DNA from: Candidatus Peribacteria bacterium
GTDB lineage: Bacteria > Patescibacteriota > Gracilibacteria > Peribacterales > Peribacteraceae
Length of the DNA: 64,000 bases
Assembly (NCBI GenBank): GCA_028286915.1
Contig: JAQBQQ010000023.1
Span: 8,005 to 72,004 of the forward strand
Direction: 5' to 3'
In this document: positions 10,069 through 19,153 of the stretch, one piece after another
Position numbering within the stretch: position 1 is the stretch's first letter
How the letters are laid out: each line of letters begins with the position of its first letter
Program-made: the position numbers and the translations under genes
The notes under the pieces: generated by a model
What the model saw: only the letters and a program-made list of their open reading frames with translations
Database searches by the model: none
Told to the model about the DNA's origin: nothing

Positions 10069-11508
10069 ATGAAGTCCCGTTCTCATAGCCGTCGTGTAAA
10101 GTCTGCATACGCCGTTCGCTCCGGCTCAGGTGCTATTATCAGTTTTCTGATTATTGCGGGTTTTGGCATTCTTTTTACCGGTTGCAGCCCTGCCGCCAAT
10201 AAAACGGTTACGAAAGGACTGGATGACGTGTCTTTTACCGAGCAGGATCTGGCAAAAATGCGCGCCGCCGAACATACGTCGGCCAGTGGTGCCGCCATGA
10301 CGGGCGTGACGGTTACATCCCTCGCCGCGTCCGGTTCTATCAGCAGTATTCCTGCGGTGGATGTGTCCCAGATTTCTTTGTACGATGCCATTCGTTCCGT
10401 ATCGGCATCGGGCAAGAACGGACTGTATAAAGTGACGAATGAATTCGCAAACGTGCGTGCGGCGGCAGATTTGGGCTCGGCATCGGTGGGCAGGCTGGAG
10501 AATGGCAACCCGGTGAAAGTAGTGGAATTCGTGAATGCCGCCTGGGCAAAAGTGGAATTGGCTCCCGGTAAAATCGGCTACATTTCTACGCAGTATTTAA
10601 GCAAGCCCACGACCGAAGAAGCGCTGGCCAAAGACAAGCAGGCGTTTGAAGGCATGTACTTTGTGGATTTCGCATTCGTGAATATGCGCAGCCAGCCCAG
10701 CCAGCAGAGCGAGAAAATAGGACAGATTCCCGGCAAGATCATCGTAAAACCGCTCAGTATGGATGAGTCATGGGCGCGGGTTTCCTATAGTGGAAAAGAA
10801 GGTTACATTTCAACGCAATATCTATCGCCATTCGTGCCTAATTTTGTGGTGCGGCAGGATACGTATACCTTGCCGGTACTTGTGTACCAGGCTTCGCAGC
10901 CGGCTATTCTTGCGCAGCTGCCATCGCACATGCAGCAGTTGAAAAGCAGGGGTTTCACTCTTATGAATTTCCGTGATCTTCATGATCTTCTGCTGCGCCA
11001 GGAAAACGGGGACGCCCGCCTGCCGCCAAAGAGCGTGGTTGTGGCTGTAGCCGGCATTACGCCGGATACGATCCGCGGCGTATCCGATACACTGTATGCC
11101 GAAGGCGTGAAAGCAACGCTGTTTCTGGATACGAAGGACCTGGGTTTGACCGGCATTACCGAGAAAATGATGCTGACTTTGAATGCCAATGGCTTTGATA
11201 TTGAATCCGCCACCCATACGGGGCAGGATCTGCGGGCACTTACAGACGCACAGGTAAAATTTGAAGCGCAGCAGAGCAGATACCTTCTGGAAAAGATGAC
11301 GCAAAAGCCGGTTTATGCCGTGTTGTACCCGCAGGGCGGCGTAAATGACCGCGTGAAAGACGTGGTTCGCAAGGCCGGTTACCTGTTTGGCATTGTGAAT
11401 ACGTCGCAACCAACTTTTACGCGGGCCGATTTGCTTACCATGCCGAGCTATACGGTAAATGGCAGCATGACAGCTGATGATGTTATTGCTACCGTTATCG
11501 GATCATGA
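10069..11508 (+). CDS. secreted SH3b-domain / polysaccharide deacetylase (NodB) protein
   Basis: N-terminal TM or lipobox (FTGC). Two SH3b-like repeats (ANVRAA...GYISTQYL; VNMRSQ...GYISTQYL). The C-terminal half resembles NodB-type deacetylases. Confidence 0.7.
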   Translation: MKSRSHSRRVKSAYAVRSGSGAIISFLIIAGFGILFTGCSPAANKTVTKGLDDVSFTEQDLAKMRAAEHTSASGAAMTGVTVTSLAASGSISSIPAVDVSQISLYDAIRSVSASGKNGLYKVTNEFANVRAAADLGSASVGRLENGNPVKVVEFVNAAWAKVELAPGKIGYISTQYLSKPTTEEALAKDKQAFEGMYFVDFAFVNMRSQPSQQSEKIGQIPGKIIVKPLSMDESWARVSYSGKEGYISTQYLSPFVPNFVVRQDTYTLPVLVYQASQPAILAQLPSHMQQLKSRGFTLMNFRDLHDLLLRQENGDARLPPKSVVVAVAGITPDTIRGVSDTLYAEGVKATLFLDTKDLGLTGITEKMMLTLNANGFDIESATHTGQDLRALTDAQVKFEAQQSRYLLEKMTQKPVYAVLYPQGGVNDRVKDVVRKAGYLFGIVNTSQPTFTRADLLTMPSYTVNGSMTADDVIATVIGS

Positions 11509-11646
11509 TGATGCACTTTTTTCTTGGCCTGCGACTGATTCCGATTGCCATACGTCTGGCTGTGCTCATTTTATTTGTCCGCGTCGTAAAGATCATTCAA
11601 GTCGCTCATTTGTGGTATGGCGGATGAAGAGAGGAGATGGATTTTT

Positions 11647-11952
11647 TTAGTTCTGCTGTTGCTTCATGAGTTCTTCCAGTCTCTGGGTAAGGCCGGGACT
11701 CGGATTTGCAGATGAATTAATGGCCTGATCGGTTGCCATTTTGGTAATTTTACCCAGAATTTCGTTGCCGTGCGCAAAGAAGTACCAGGTGCTCCAGATA
11801 AAAATAATGACGGGAATAATACTGATGATACCCCGAAAGAAGCTACCGACAGTTCGCAGGCGATCACGCTTGTTCATCAGTTCTATCAACAGCAACATTT
11901 TGTCCATTTGCGTGCTGATCTGCGAAAGAGAGTCTGGCTCGGTATCGGGCAT
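11647..11952 (-). CDS. hypothetical membrane protein
   Basis: 101 aa with one clear TM helix (IISIIPVIIFIWSTWYFF). Confidence 0.45.
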   Translation of the reverse strand: MPDTEPDSLSQISTQMDKMLLLIELMNKRDRLRTVGSFFRGIISIIPVIIFIWSTWYFFAHGNEILGKITKMATDQAINSSANPSPGLTQRLEELMKQQQN

Positions 11953-12080
11953 GGCTCAGATGGTACCATATGATTTGTAGAAATTATAGCCGATAGATAG
12001 TTTGTAGTTTGTTTGGCTGCGTCCGTCTGGTGCGGGCTGCGGCCGACAAAAGTTTTATGTAATCTTTATGATCAACATCA

Positions 12081-13151
12081 CTAAAATCCCCGTTTCCATT
12101 TTCGCACTTTTTCTATTGTCCGGGTGACGTAATACTTGGGCGAGAGGGGAATGTCCATACAGTGAACCAGTGTGAGCAGCTTACCGCCGAAGCCGGTTTT
12201 AAAAAGTGTCACACCGCTGAAAGGATGATTTTTCTGGGTGATTTCGCCGGTGTCATTCATAGGGGCAATGCCCCAGAAATTATAAATGCCGTCGCCACGT
12301 TTGAGGGCATCGCGGATGGCTGTCCATTGCAGAAGGTAACTTGATGGTACCTTGCGGTGCGCGAAGGTGCTGGCGCCGTGATGATAGCTGGTTTCGCCGC
12401 CTGCATGCATATGAATGGAGGCCGATATAACTTCATTCCGGTAGTGCGCCAGATAGAGCGTGCACTCTTTGCGGGGAGCAAAATGCGCTACCTGTGCGCG
12501 AAAGAAGGCATTGGAATACGGTGTGAATTTATGTCGTTGGCGTGTCTCGTCGTGCAGCGTGAGGAAGTATTGCAAGTCACCAACCGGGTCACTGGATGCC
12601 GTTACTGTGACGCCGTCTTTTTCCGCACGGCGGATAAGGTTTCGCGCGGTGGAGCGCATGTGCTTTAGTAGATCTTCTTCGCTTCGCATGGCAGAGTGGA
12701 TATTTTTGTCTCCGGTTGTCCACGGATCCGTTTCTTTAAGTGGTATGTACCACAGGTGCTCGGCTAACAAATGCAGCGGGGCCGGTTTTGCCCCGACACC
12801 TTGCAGTGTTGGTTCCAGTGCTACCGGCCAGTGCGGGCTCAGGCGAATGAAGCTGCAACGGTGTTCGTGCGCGGTCTGCTTTATGGCTTCCAGCAGTTCT
12901 GGCAACACGGACGGATCGGTAATTACCGGTCCGTATGGTACCGACAAATGGCGGCCGCGGCGGGCGGGGACAATAAGCCCCATGCATATGCCTCGCACCT
13001 CGTCTCCGTCTTTTATAATCCATCGTACAGGTGTCTGATGCAGTTCCGCGTATACCTCACCCATGGTCCAGCTTTGCAGAAATGGCGAAAATTGCCGGGC
13101 AACCAGGAAATTGTCCCATTCGGCCTGGTTTGTGGCGAGCGCAATGGTCAT
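12081..13151 (-). CDS. FemAB-family peptidoglycan aminoacyl-transferase
   Basis: 356 aa. The size and the pattern (FLQSW.WGEV..., ...YHHGAS..., YNFWGI) fit lipid II:aminoacyl-tRNA transferases of the FemABX family. Confidence 0.75.
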   Translation of the reverse strand: MTIALATNQAEWDNFLVARQFSPFLQSWTMGEVYAELHQTPVRWIIKDGDEVRGICMGLIVPARRGRHLSVPYGPVITDPSVLPELLEAIKQTAHEHRCSFIRLSPHWPVALEPTLQGVGAKPAPLHLLAEHLWYIPLKETDPWTTGDKNIHSAMRSEEDLLKHMRSTARNLIRRAEKDGVTVTASSDPVGDLQYFLTLHDETRQRHKFTPYSNAFFRAQVAHFAPRKECTLYLAHYRNEVISASIHMHAGGETSYHHGASTFAHRKVPSSYLLQWTAIRDALKRGDGIYNFWGIAPMNDTGEITQKNHPFSGVTLFKTGFGGKLLTLVHCMDIPLSPKYYVTRTIEKVRKWKRGF

Positions 13152-13236
13152 GTGTAATAAGTATGAAGGAATGGATGCGAAAAATGTAGAGGATTATCCG
13201 TCCCCCTGTAGCAGCAATTTTCCTGTCGCTGCGGTT

Positions 13237-14493
13237 TTATACGTTTTTGATTTCCTTCTCCAACGCGTCCATCAGTTTTTTTGCCATCTGCACGGTCATC
13301 TGCGGATGCGTCGGGAGGCTTAGGATACTTTCGGCAGCTTGCTCTGCCTGCGGGTCGGTTCCTTTTTTGTAGCCCGTTGCTTTTAGGTCTGCAGTTTGCG
13401 GACAGACAACACACCTGGTCCAGCCATCATCCAGATAGATATCCTGCTTTTTGAGAGCCTGACGTATACGCTCGGCATTTTTCATAAAGACAGGAAATTT
13501 CTGCAGCGGCAGATGTTCCTGAATGCCCACCGGCACATAGACAGATGAGTCTTTGCGCAGCCAGCCCCGGGCAGCACATTCATCCAGATAAAATTTTGTG
13601 AGCATGCGCCGGTGATTATTGATTTGCTTCAGCTTTCGCCATTGGGCAATGGCGAAGAACGCGCAGGCATTCGGCATGGCATGCAGCATACGGGTCATGT
13701 CGCCATGTTTTTCATCGGGCGTGAGAATAGGTACCAGGTTCCCCAGCTTTTTCTGCAGGTGCAGATACACTTTGCCGAGCCTTATGTGGAATAATGGCAA
13801 CGCCCGCCGGTAAATGAGCGGATATGAAATGAGCCGCTGAATAGTGATCCACGGAAGGGGAATGACTGTTGCCTCCAGCGCGCGAATGCGTTCCATGTGT
13901 TGCGTATTTCGCTGGATAAGTGCGCCGCCCGTTACGCCGGAAATGGCCTTGTCACGCCCAAAGCTGGTTATAATAAAATCGCCCAATTTGCCGATTTCCT
14001 GCGGCCCGGTTTCATCCGGCAGAATATGCGCGCAGTCCTCAATGAGTAAAATATTGCGGTCATTGCAGATCTTGCGCAGCGTTTTTGTATCAGCCGGTAT
14101 GCCGAATGTGTGCTGACAGATAATGGCGCGGGTATGGGGCGTGATCAGCTTTTGCAGTTCCGCCGGATCCATATTCAGCGTGTCTTTATCTATATCGCAG
14201 TAGACAGCTTTGGCGCCGGCCGCGTGAATGGCATTGGGGATGACAACACAGGTATACCCTTGCACTATTATTTCATCATCAGATTCTAAATCCAGCGCCA
14301 GCAGCAATGCCAGCAATGCCTCGCGGCCGGAGGCGAACAGGGAAATGTACGATTTATAGGACGCCTGCATGTCGCTTTTCAGCTGTGCCAGGCTGTTGCC
14401 GTGAACGTATTTCCAGGGCGTGTAGGTTATGCCGAGCGCGCGCCTGACCTGTTGATCATCCGCGAGCGGGCCGAAGGTGTGGTGGATAACCAT
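13237..14493 (-). CDS. DegT/DnrJ/EryC1/StrS-family PLP aminotransferase
   Basis: 418 aa. Residues 33-396 are DegT-like, with the SFGRDKAISG PLP-lysine region. The start abuts the murF-like stop. Confidence 0.75.
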   Translation of the reverse strand: MVIHHTFGPLADDQQVRRALGITYTPWKYVHGNSLAQLKSDMQASYKSYISLFASGREALLALLLALDLESDDEIIVQGYTCVVIPNAIHAAGAKAVYCDIDKDTLNMDPAELQKLITPHTRAIICQHTFGIPADTKTLRKICNDRNILLIEDCAHILPDETGPQEIGKLGDFIITSFGRDKAISGVTGGALIQRNTQHMERIRALEATVIPLPWITIQRLISYPLIYRRALPLFHIRLGKVYLHLQKKLGNLVPILTPDEKHGDMTRMLHAMPNACAFFAIAQWRKLKQINNHRRMLTKFYLDECAARGWLRKDSSVYVPVGIQEHLPLQKFPVFMKNAERIRQALKKQDIYLDDGWTRCVVCPQTADLKATGYKKGTDPQAEQAAESILSLPTHPQMTVQMAKKLMDALEKEIKNV

Positions 14494-16149
14494 TTAGTCC
14501 GTAGTTGGTAGTGGAAGGTCCGAGCTTTTCGGGAGAATGCGTGTCATAGTCTGGTGGCTCATTCTGCCGATGCAAACTAGTAGGGAACCGGGCGGAAGAC
14601 AACCGGTTTTTTTTGACGCGACCGATACTGGCTTTCCAAATCCTTTCTCAAAATGCCGGGCTAGAATCGGATGCGTAAAAATAGCTTCCGAGAAAACATC
14701 TTTGGCCATTCTTCCCAGCTCCTCGTGAATGTTCATTTCATCGGCGCCCAGTTCAATAATACCGCTTGTCAGCAGAATTTTTGTCTGTTCCGGCTGATGC
14801 TTCGCCCAGTCGATGGCGGCCGTAAAGCTTGCTTCGCTGGCATTATGCGTGTCATCCAATAGTCTGATGCCATTTTCTTCGCGAACCTGAAAGGTTTTTG
14901 CAGGCGCCTGAAACGTTGCGAGCTTCTTTTTAATTTCGTCATTACTCATGCCGCATTCTTTACCAACGCCCATGGCCAGCAGGACATTGTTCACGTTGTG
15001 GGTACCATGGATAGGAACTTCAAATTGTTCATCGCCCACGGCAAAGCGGATGCCATCAGGTGTTTCCTGTACGGAATGAGCCTGGAGATCGGCTTTTGCA
15101 GTTGTTCCCACTTTGGTGACCGGACAACCGGCGAAGCGATCCATTGTCGCACACGGTTCACAATCGGCATTGATAAATGCGTGCCCGTCTTCAGGCAATG
15201 CCTGCAGCAACTCACCTTTGGCTTCTATCAGTTTTGCCTGTGAGCCAAAGAGCGCCAGGTGTTGCGTGCCGATGTAGGTAATAACGCCGATGGACGGCTG
15301 GACAATGTCGCAGAGGTTTTTGATTTCACCTTTGCGGTAGGCGCCCATTTCTGTAATGAGTAATTGAGTCTTGAGTTTTGAGTCTTGAGTCCTGGGCAAT
15401 ACTTTCATGAGCCACTGGGCAACACCCATTTCCGTATTCACATGTGCCGGTGTCACCAGTGGATTTTGGCCGCTCAGTATGTGTGCGATGAGTTCTTTGG
15501 TTGTGGTTTTACCGACACTTCCGGTAATGCCGATGGCTTTTAGATTATAGTGAGCACGAAGAATTTTTGCTTTGTTCAGAATCCGTTTTTTCAGGAACTG
15601 ATCAACGGGGTAGAAAAGGAGCCAGGAGAAAGTGATGACAAAAGGCTGCAAAAGTACTAAAAAAGGCAACAAAAAGATCCCACTCCCCAAAGTCATAAAA
15701 AAATTGAGCACCAGCCCGGCTCCGACTATCGCTTTGGCTTTGGTTGTCCATGTTGGATAGCGCTGTTTTTTACTTAGTATCTGAATAATGCTCAATCCAA
15801 TAACAAGAAAAGAGCAGCACAGCAGAAATATCATGAGTACTCCTAAGGATGCAGGAAAATGAATATTGTCATCTGCACCTGCCATAGGCATGGAATCAAT
15901 ATATCCATGGAATATGACTATCAAAAAGATGCCTGTTAGTTCTGCCATAAAAATGCCGGGCCGGATGACGCCAAATAATTGCTTGAACCAGCCTTCCCGT
16001 TTTAGGTGTTCCGTTAATCTATCCCATCGCCATTCTTTTAATTGCCATAAATACGCCAGTGTTAACAAGGGTGAGAGGCATGCTATAAGGCCTAAGCATG
16101 CTGTGAGGATCAGTGTTCCATACAAAATAACAGAGAGAGGGAAGTCCAT
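14494..16149 (-). CDS. murF: Mur ligase (MurF-like) fused to an N-terminal polytopic membrane domain
   Basis: 551 aa. The first ~190 aa contain 4-5 hydrophobic helices. The P-loop GITGSVGKTTTKEL follows at about residue 205, then the central and C-terminal Mur ligase domains (EMGA.RKGEI, DDTHNAS). Confidence 0.8.
   Translation of the reverse strand: MDFPLSVILYGTLILTACLGLIACLSPLLTLAYLWQLKEWRWDRLTEHLKREGWFKQLFGVIRPGIFMAELTGIFLIVIFHGYIDSMPMAGADDNIHFPASLGVLMIFLLCCSFLVIGLSIIQILSKKQRYPTWTTKAKAIVGAGLVLNFFMTLGSGIFLLPFLVLLQPFVITFSWLLFYPVDQFLKKRILNKAKILRAHYNLKAIGITGSVGKTTTKELIAHILSGQNPLVTPAHVNTEMGVAQWLMKVLPRTQDSKLKTQLLITEMGAYRKGEIKNLCDIVQPSIGVITYIGTQHLALFGSQAKLIEAKGELLQALPEDGHAFINADCEPCATMDRFAGCPVTKVGTTAKADLQAHSVQETPDGIRFAVGDEQFEVPIHGTHNVNNVLLAMGVGKECGMSNDEIKKKLATFQAPAKTFQVREENGIRLLDDTHNASEASFTAAIDWAKHQPEQTKILLTSGIIELGADEMNIHEELGRMAKDVFSEAIFTHPILARHFEKGFGKPVSVASKKTGCLPPGSLLVCIGRMSHQTMTRILPKSSDLPLPTTD
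15364..15391. repeat. 4 x heptamer TTGAGTY inside murF coding sequence
   Basis: ttgagtc ttgagtt ttgagtc ttgagtc, followed by ctggg. Read on the minus strand it encodes TQDSKLKTQL. Confidence 0.9.
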
Positions 16150-16182
16150 GCGGAGATAGTAGCCGAAAACAGATACTTTCCG

Positions 16183-16983
16183 CTACGCTCTTGCCAGCCG
16201 TCTTTCATCATCTTCGGCGGTTTTCATAATAAGGAACCCGATTTCCTGTGCTTTTTCGCGGTGCACGCGGTGGCGGACGCCCGGGTAGAGGTGCAGGCGG
16301 CTGCCTTTTATTTTTTCCTGCATGATTTTTCCGTCACTTACGGGCGTCATCTGGTCATCTATGCCCCAGAAAATATCCGTTGGCACTTTAATTTTTTCCA
16401 GCAGGTGCTGTAAATCTTCCCGCGTTACAAGTATGAGTGTTTGCCGCATAACCGGGCTGGCCTTCTCGTAGTCATGCACGCGGACCAGTTTATACAGCAG
16501 TTTCTTGCCCAGCGGTTGCAGTTGGTCCAGGCCGGGAATAGACAGAAGAGCTTTGCCGGCTTTGGCTAGCGTAAGGCCAAAAATTCGTTTGGTATGACGC
16601 GAATGGTGAATGCCGGCCGCGGCACACAGGAATAAATGGTCCACCGGAAAGTTTTTCCTGGCAGCCAGCTTAATACTGATACGGCCGCCATGTGAATGAC
16701 CGAGCAGGTAGAACGGCCGCGTATTCATGGGCGCCCATAAATCCGGCGCATGTTCTTTGAGCCAGAGTTCCACCCAGTCGGCGTAATCATCAATAGTCCA
16801 TGGCTTCTTCGGGTCCGGTTCATTTCCAAAGCCGGGCAAATCCGGTATGAGGATTTCCACCTTGGTACTGCTGATGGCGTCCCGCAATTCTGCGAAAGAT
16901 TCCCTGGAGCCGCCCCAGCCGTGCAGGCAGAGGAGAATTGGTTTCATCTGCAGTAGTGTAGAATTGTTTACGCTTCGCGACAA
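16183..16983 (-). CDS. alpha/beta-fold hydrolase
   Basis: 266 aa. HGWGGS oxyanion region, nucleophile elbow GHSHGG, C-terminal His. The start may be the internal Met at 16947. Confidence 0.8.
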   Translation of the reverse strand: MSRSVNNSTLLQMKPILLCLHGWGGSRESFAELRDAISSTKVEILIPDLPGFGNEPDPKKPWTIDDYADWVELWLKEHAPDLWAPMNTRPFYLLGHSHGGRISIKLAARKNFPVDHLFLCAAAGIHHSRHTKRIFGLTLAKAGKALLSIPGLDQLQPLGKKLLYKLVRVHDYEKASPVMRQTLILVTREDLQHLLEKIKVPTDIFWGIDDQMTPVSDGKIMQEKIKGSRLHLYPGVRHRVHREKAQEIGFLIMKTAEDDERRLARA

Positions 16984-17255
16984 ATGGAGTTTTACCTAAC
17001 GCTTTCCATGAGTGTGGACTTGTAAATATCAGCTCAGCTTTTCTGATACTGAACGAAGGTGATAATGCGCCCGCCCGGCTCCGGTTGCCATATGCCACGG
17101 TTTTTGTGTGAACATTTTATGTGCAAAGGTCTGGCTAGGCTGGCAGCAGATGAACTCCTATATGCAATGCATTAGATCACGGAATATGCTTATGCCTATT
17201 ATATATTTTCATGCTTTTCTCTATGGTGTGCTTGTCTTTCTTTCCTTTTTTTGCC

Positions 17256-18545
17256 ATGAAACGTGTTGCCTTCCCGTTGGTATTTGTTCTCTGTCTGGTT
17301 GCCTGTATTACCTGGACGAATACGCCGGTTTTGGCACAAGGAACCGATACAACCAAGCCTGTCAGCACTGTGAATAACACATTGGGTGCCAGGCAGACTT
17401 CCCTTAGCTTTCCTGTATCCGTTACCGGGTCGGACCCCGGCAGTCCGTCATCTGGTGTCAGTTCCTACGATATTTATGTAGCCGTTGGCGCTGGTGCGTT
17501 TAATTACTGGACCACTGTTTCGGCAGGCAGCCCGAGTACCACTTTTACAGCCGTTTGTGGCGTGAATGCGAATAACAGCATTTTCTTCTATAGCATTGCT
17601 CATGACAATGCCGGCAATGTGGAAGTTCATACAACAGCGGAGGCTTCCACTTTTATGCCGGACTTCTGCCCTCCTGCGTCGACTATTTCCGCTATCAACA
17701 GTTCTTCGCCGGCATTTGCTCTTACATTTTCTGCCAGCGATTTTGAGAATGACATACGGACAGTGGATTTATATGCCGGTGTCGATGGTGCGGCAGCGCA
17801 GCAGGTCACGTTTTTCTATGCCAGCGGATCAGTGGTGAATAAAGTATTTAAGTATCCGGCTCTGGCCGATGGCGTCTCGCATACGTATTCCTTTTATACT
17901 ATTTCCAAAGATACCGCCGGGAACACCCAGCTAACCCCTGCCAGCGGGACGACAGTTACCGCCACATTTGCAACTGCAACCATTCGGCCGCTCGGCATTT
18001 CTATTAATAATGGCTTCGGGACTCGTTCTTATGTGCGTTATATTAAAATTCCGTTTACCAGCCAGCAAAATCTGGGTGCCATTGCCTCCCGCGTTCGCCT
18101 CACCAAATTTACTTTAGACGGAATGGGGGCCACTATTGTACCTATTTCCAGTTACGTTTCGCAGGCAGGCCAGTCTATTGTTATTGATTTCGGTGCGACC
18201 GACATGGGAGCTGCCGTGCCTGCCGGAGGAAGCATTACTTCCAGGTGGCAGCAGTTTATTGCCAGAGACGGCTATTTTCAATTGGCTATAGATACCCGGG
18301 GAAATGGCAGATACCAGACGGTTTATTATTTTCATCATTTACTTGGTGATGTAGACGGCAACGGACAGGTGACTCAAGCCGATCAGTCGTATATTACAAA
18401 AGCTCTGTCCCGCCCCGGATCGTTTGATTCTTCTGATGTGGATCTTAGTGGAGCTATCGACACAACTGATACGGCATTTTTGACTAAATCCAAAGGCCGC
18501 CTATTGTCTTCCAGCTTAAAGCTTACTGCGCCTGCTAATTGGTAA
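17256..18545 (+). CDS. secreted surface protein with C-terminal dockerin-like repeats
   Basis: ORF 17211..18545. Signal peptide MKRVAFPLVFVLCLVAC, Ig-like repetitive T/S-rich body, and C-terminal DVDGNGQVTQAD / DVDLSGAIDTTD calcium-binding dockerin-type repeats. Confidence 0.7.
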   Translation: MKRVAFPLVFVLCLVACITWTNTPVLAQGTDTTKPVSTVNNTLGARQTSLSFPVSVTGSDPGSPSSGVSSYDIYVAVGAGAFNYWTTVSAGSPSTTFTAVCGVNANNSIFFYSIAHDNAGNVEVHTTAEASTFMPDFCPPASTISAINSSSPAFALTFSASDFENDIRTVDLYAGVDGAAAQQVTFFYASGSVVNKVFKYPALADGVSHTYSFYTISKDTAGNTQLTPASGTTVTATFATATIRPLGISINNGFGTRSYVRYIKIPFTSQQNLGAIASRVRLTKFTLDGMGATIVPISSYVSQAGQSIVIDFGATDMGAAVPAGGSITSRWQQFIARDGYFQLAIDTRGNGRYQTVYYFHHLLGDVDGNGQVTQADQSYITKALSRPGSFDSSDVDLSGAIDTTDTAFLTKSKGRLLSSSLKLTAPANW

Positions 18546-18807
18546 TCGTTTGTGTAGTACGGCTTGTTCCAGACTAAATTGTCCATCAGTCCGCATTTAT
18601 ACGGCATCGTTTAATGTAATGACGATGCCACATGATTGCGCTGTGGTAGCTATGTAAAATAGCTTTGTTGCTAGGTGGCACGTACAATCGCCTCTGTTAT
18701 TTTGATTGTTTTGATCTTTTGGCTGCGCTATATGATCGCGCCATGTCAGCCACGTAAAACGGCTGCGCCGTCACGTGGCACGTATAATCTCACTGCGCGA
18801 TTTTACG

Positions 18808-18883
18808 TGGTGCCACGAGCCGGTTTTGAACCGGCGACCCCGGGCTTATGAGTCCCGTGCTCTACCAACTGAGCTATCGTGGC
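18808..18883 (-). tRNA. tRNA-Met or tRNA-Ile2 (anticodon CAT), CCA encoded
   Basis: The reverse complement folds as a cloverleaf: gccacga/tcgtggc acceptor, gctc/gagc D stem, anticodon loop ctCATaa, T arm gccgg-ttcaaaa-ccggc. G1:C72 argues against an initiator. There is an A31/G39 mismatch. Confidence 0.85.
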
Positions 18884-18903
18884 ATTATGTAAAGGTACAA
18901 CGT

Positions 18904-18963
18904 TTACCAACTGCTTGTTCGCCGTAGTCCGCCGGGGCGGACGAAGGTGGAAGCTATCGTGGC
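18904..18963 (-). pseudogene. 5' fragment of the tRNA-Met gene interrupted by a 39-nt hairpin insert
   Basis: Minus strand reads gccacgatagct-[39 nt]-cagttggta. This equals the first 21 nt of the adjacent tRNA split by an insert that contains the palindrome gtccgccggggcggac. Confidence 0.6.
18920..18951. repeat. GC hairpin element copy 1 (GTAG + palindrome)
   Basis: cgccGTAGtccgccggggcggacgaaggtgga. 7-bp palindrome arms. Confidence 0.7.
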
Positions 18964-19007
18964 ATGTATAAATGAATATCAGACCGATTCAGAATTGTGG
19001 GCCTGCC

Positions 19008-19039
19008 CGCCGAAGTCAGCCGCGGCTGACGCAGGTGGA
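19008..19039. repeat. GC hairpin element copy 2
   Basis: cgccgaagtcagccgcggctgacgcaggtgga. Same flanks as copy 1. The stem differs by one compensated pair (C:G to A:T). Confidence 0.7.
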
Positions 19040-19153
19040 CGCGTATTATGACCTATGAACCAACAGGAAAGAAGAGAATTTCTTATCCGTAAATATTTGC
19101 CGTTTATGGCAGTTTTCTCTACTCTATAGACGATTCCTCTATTCTTTGTCTTT

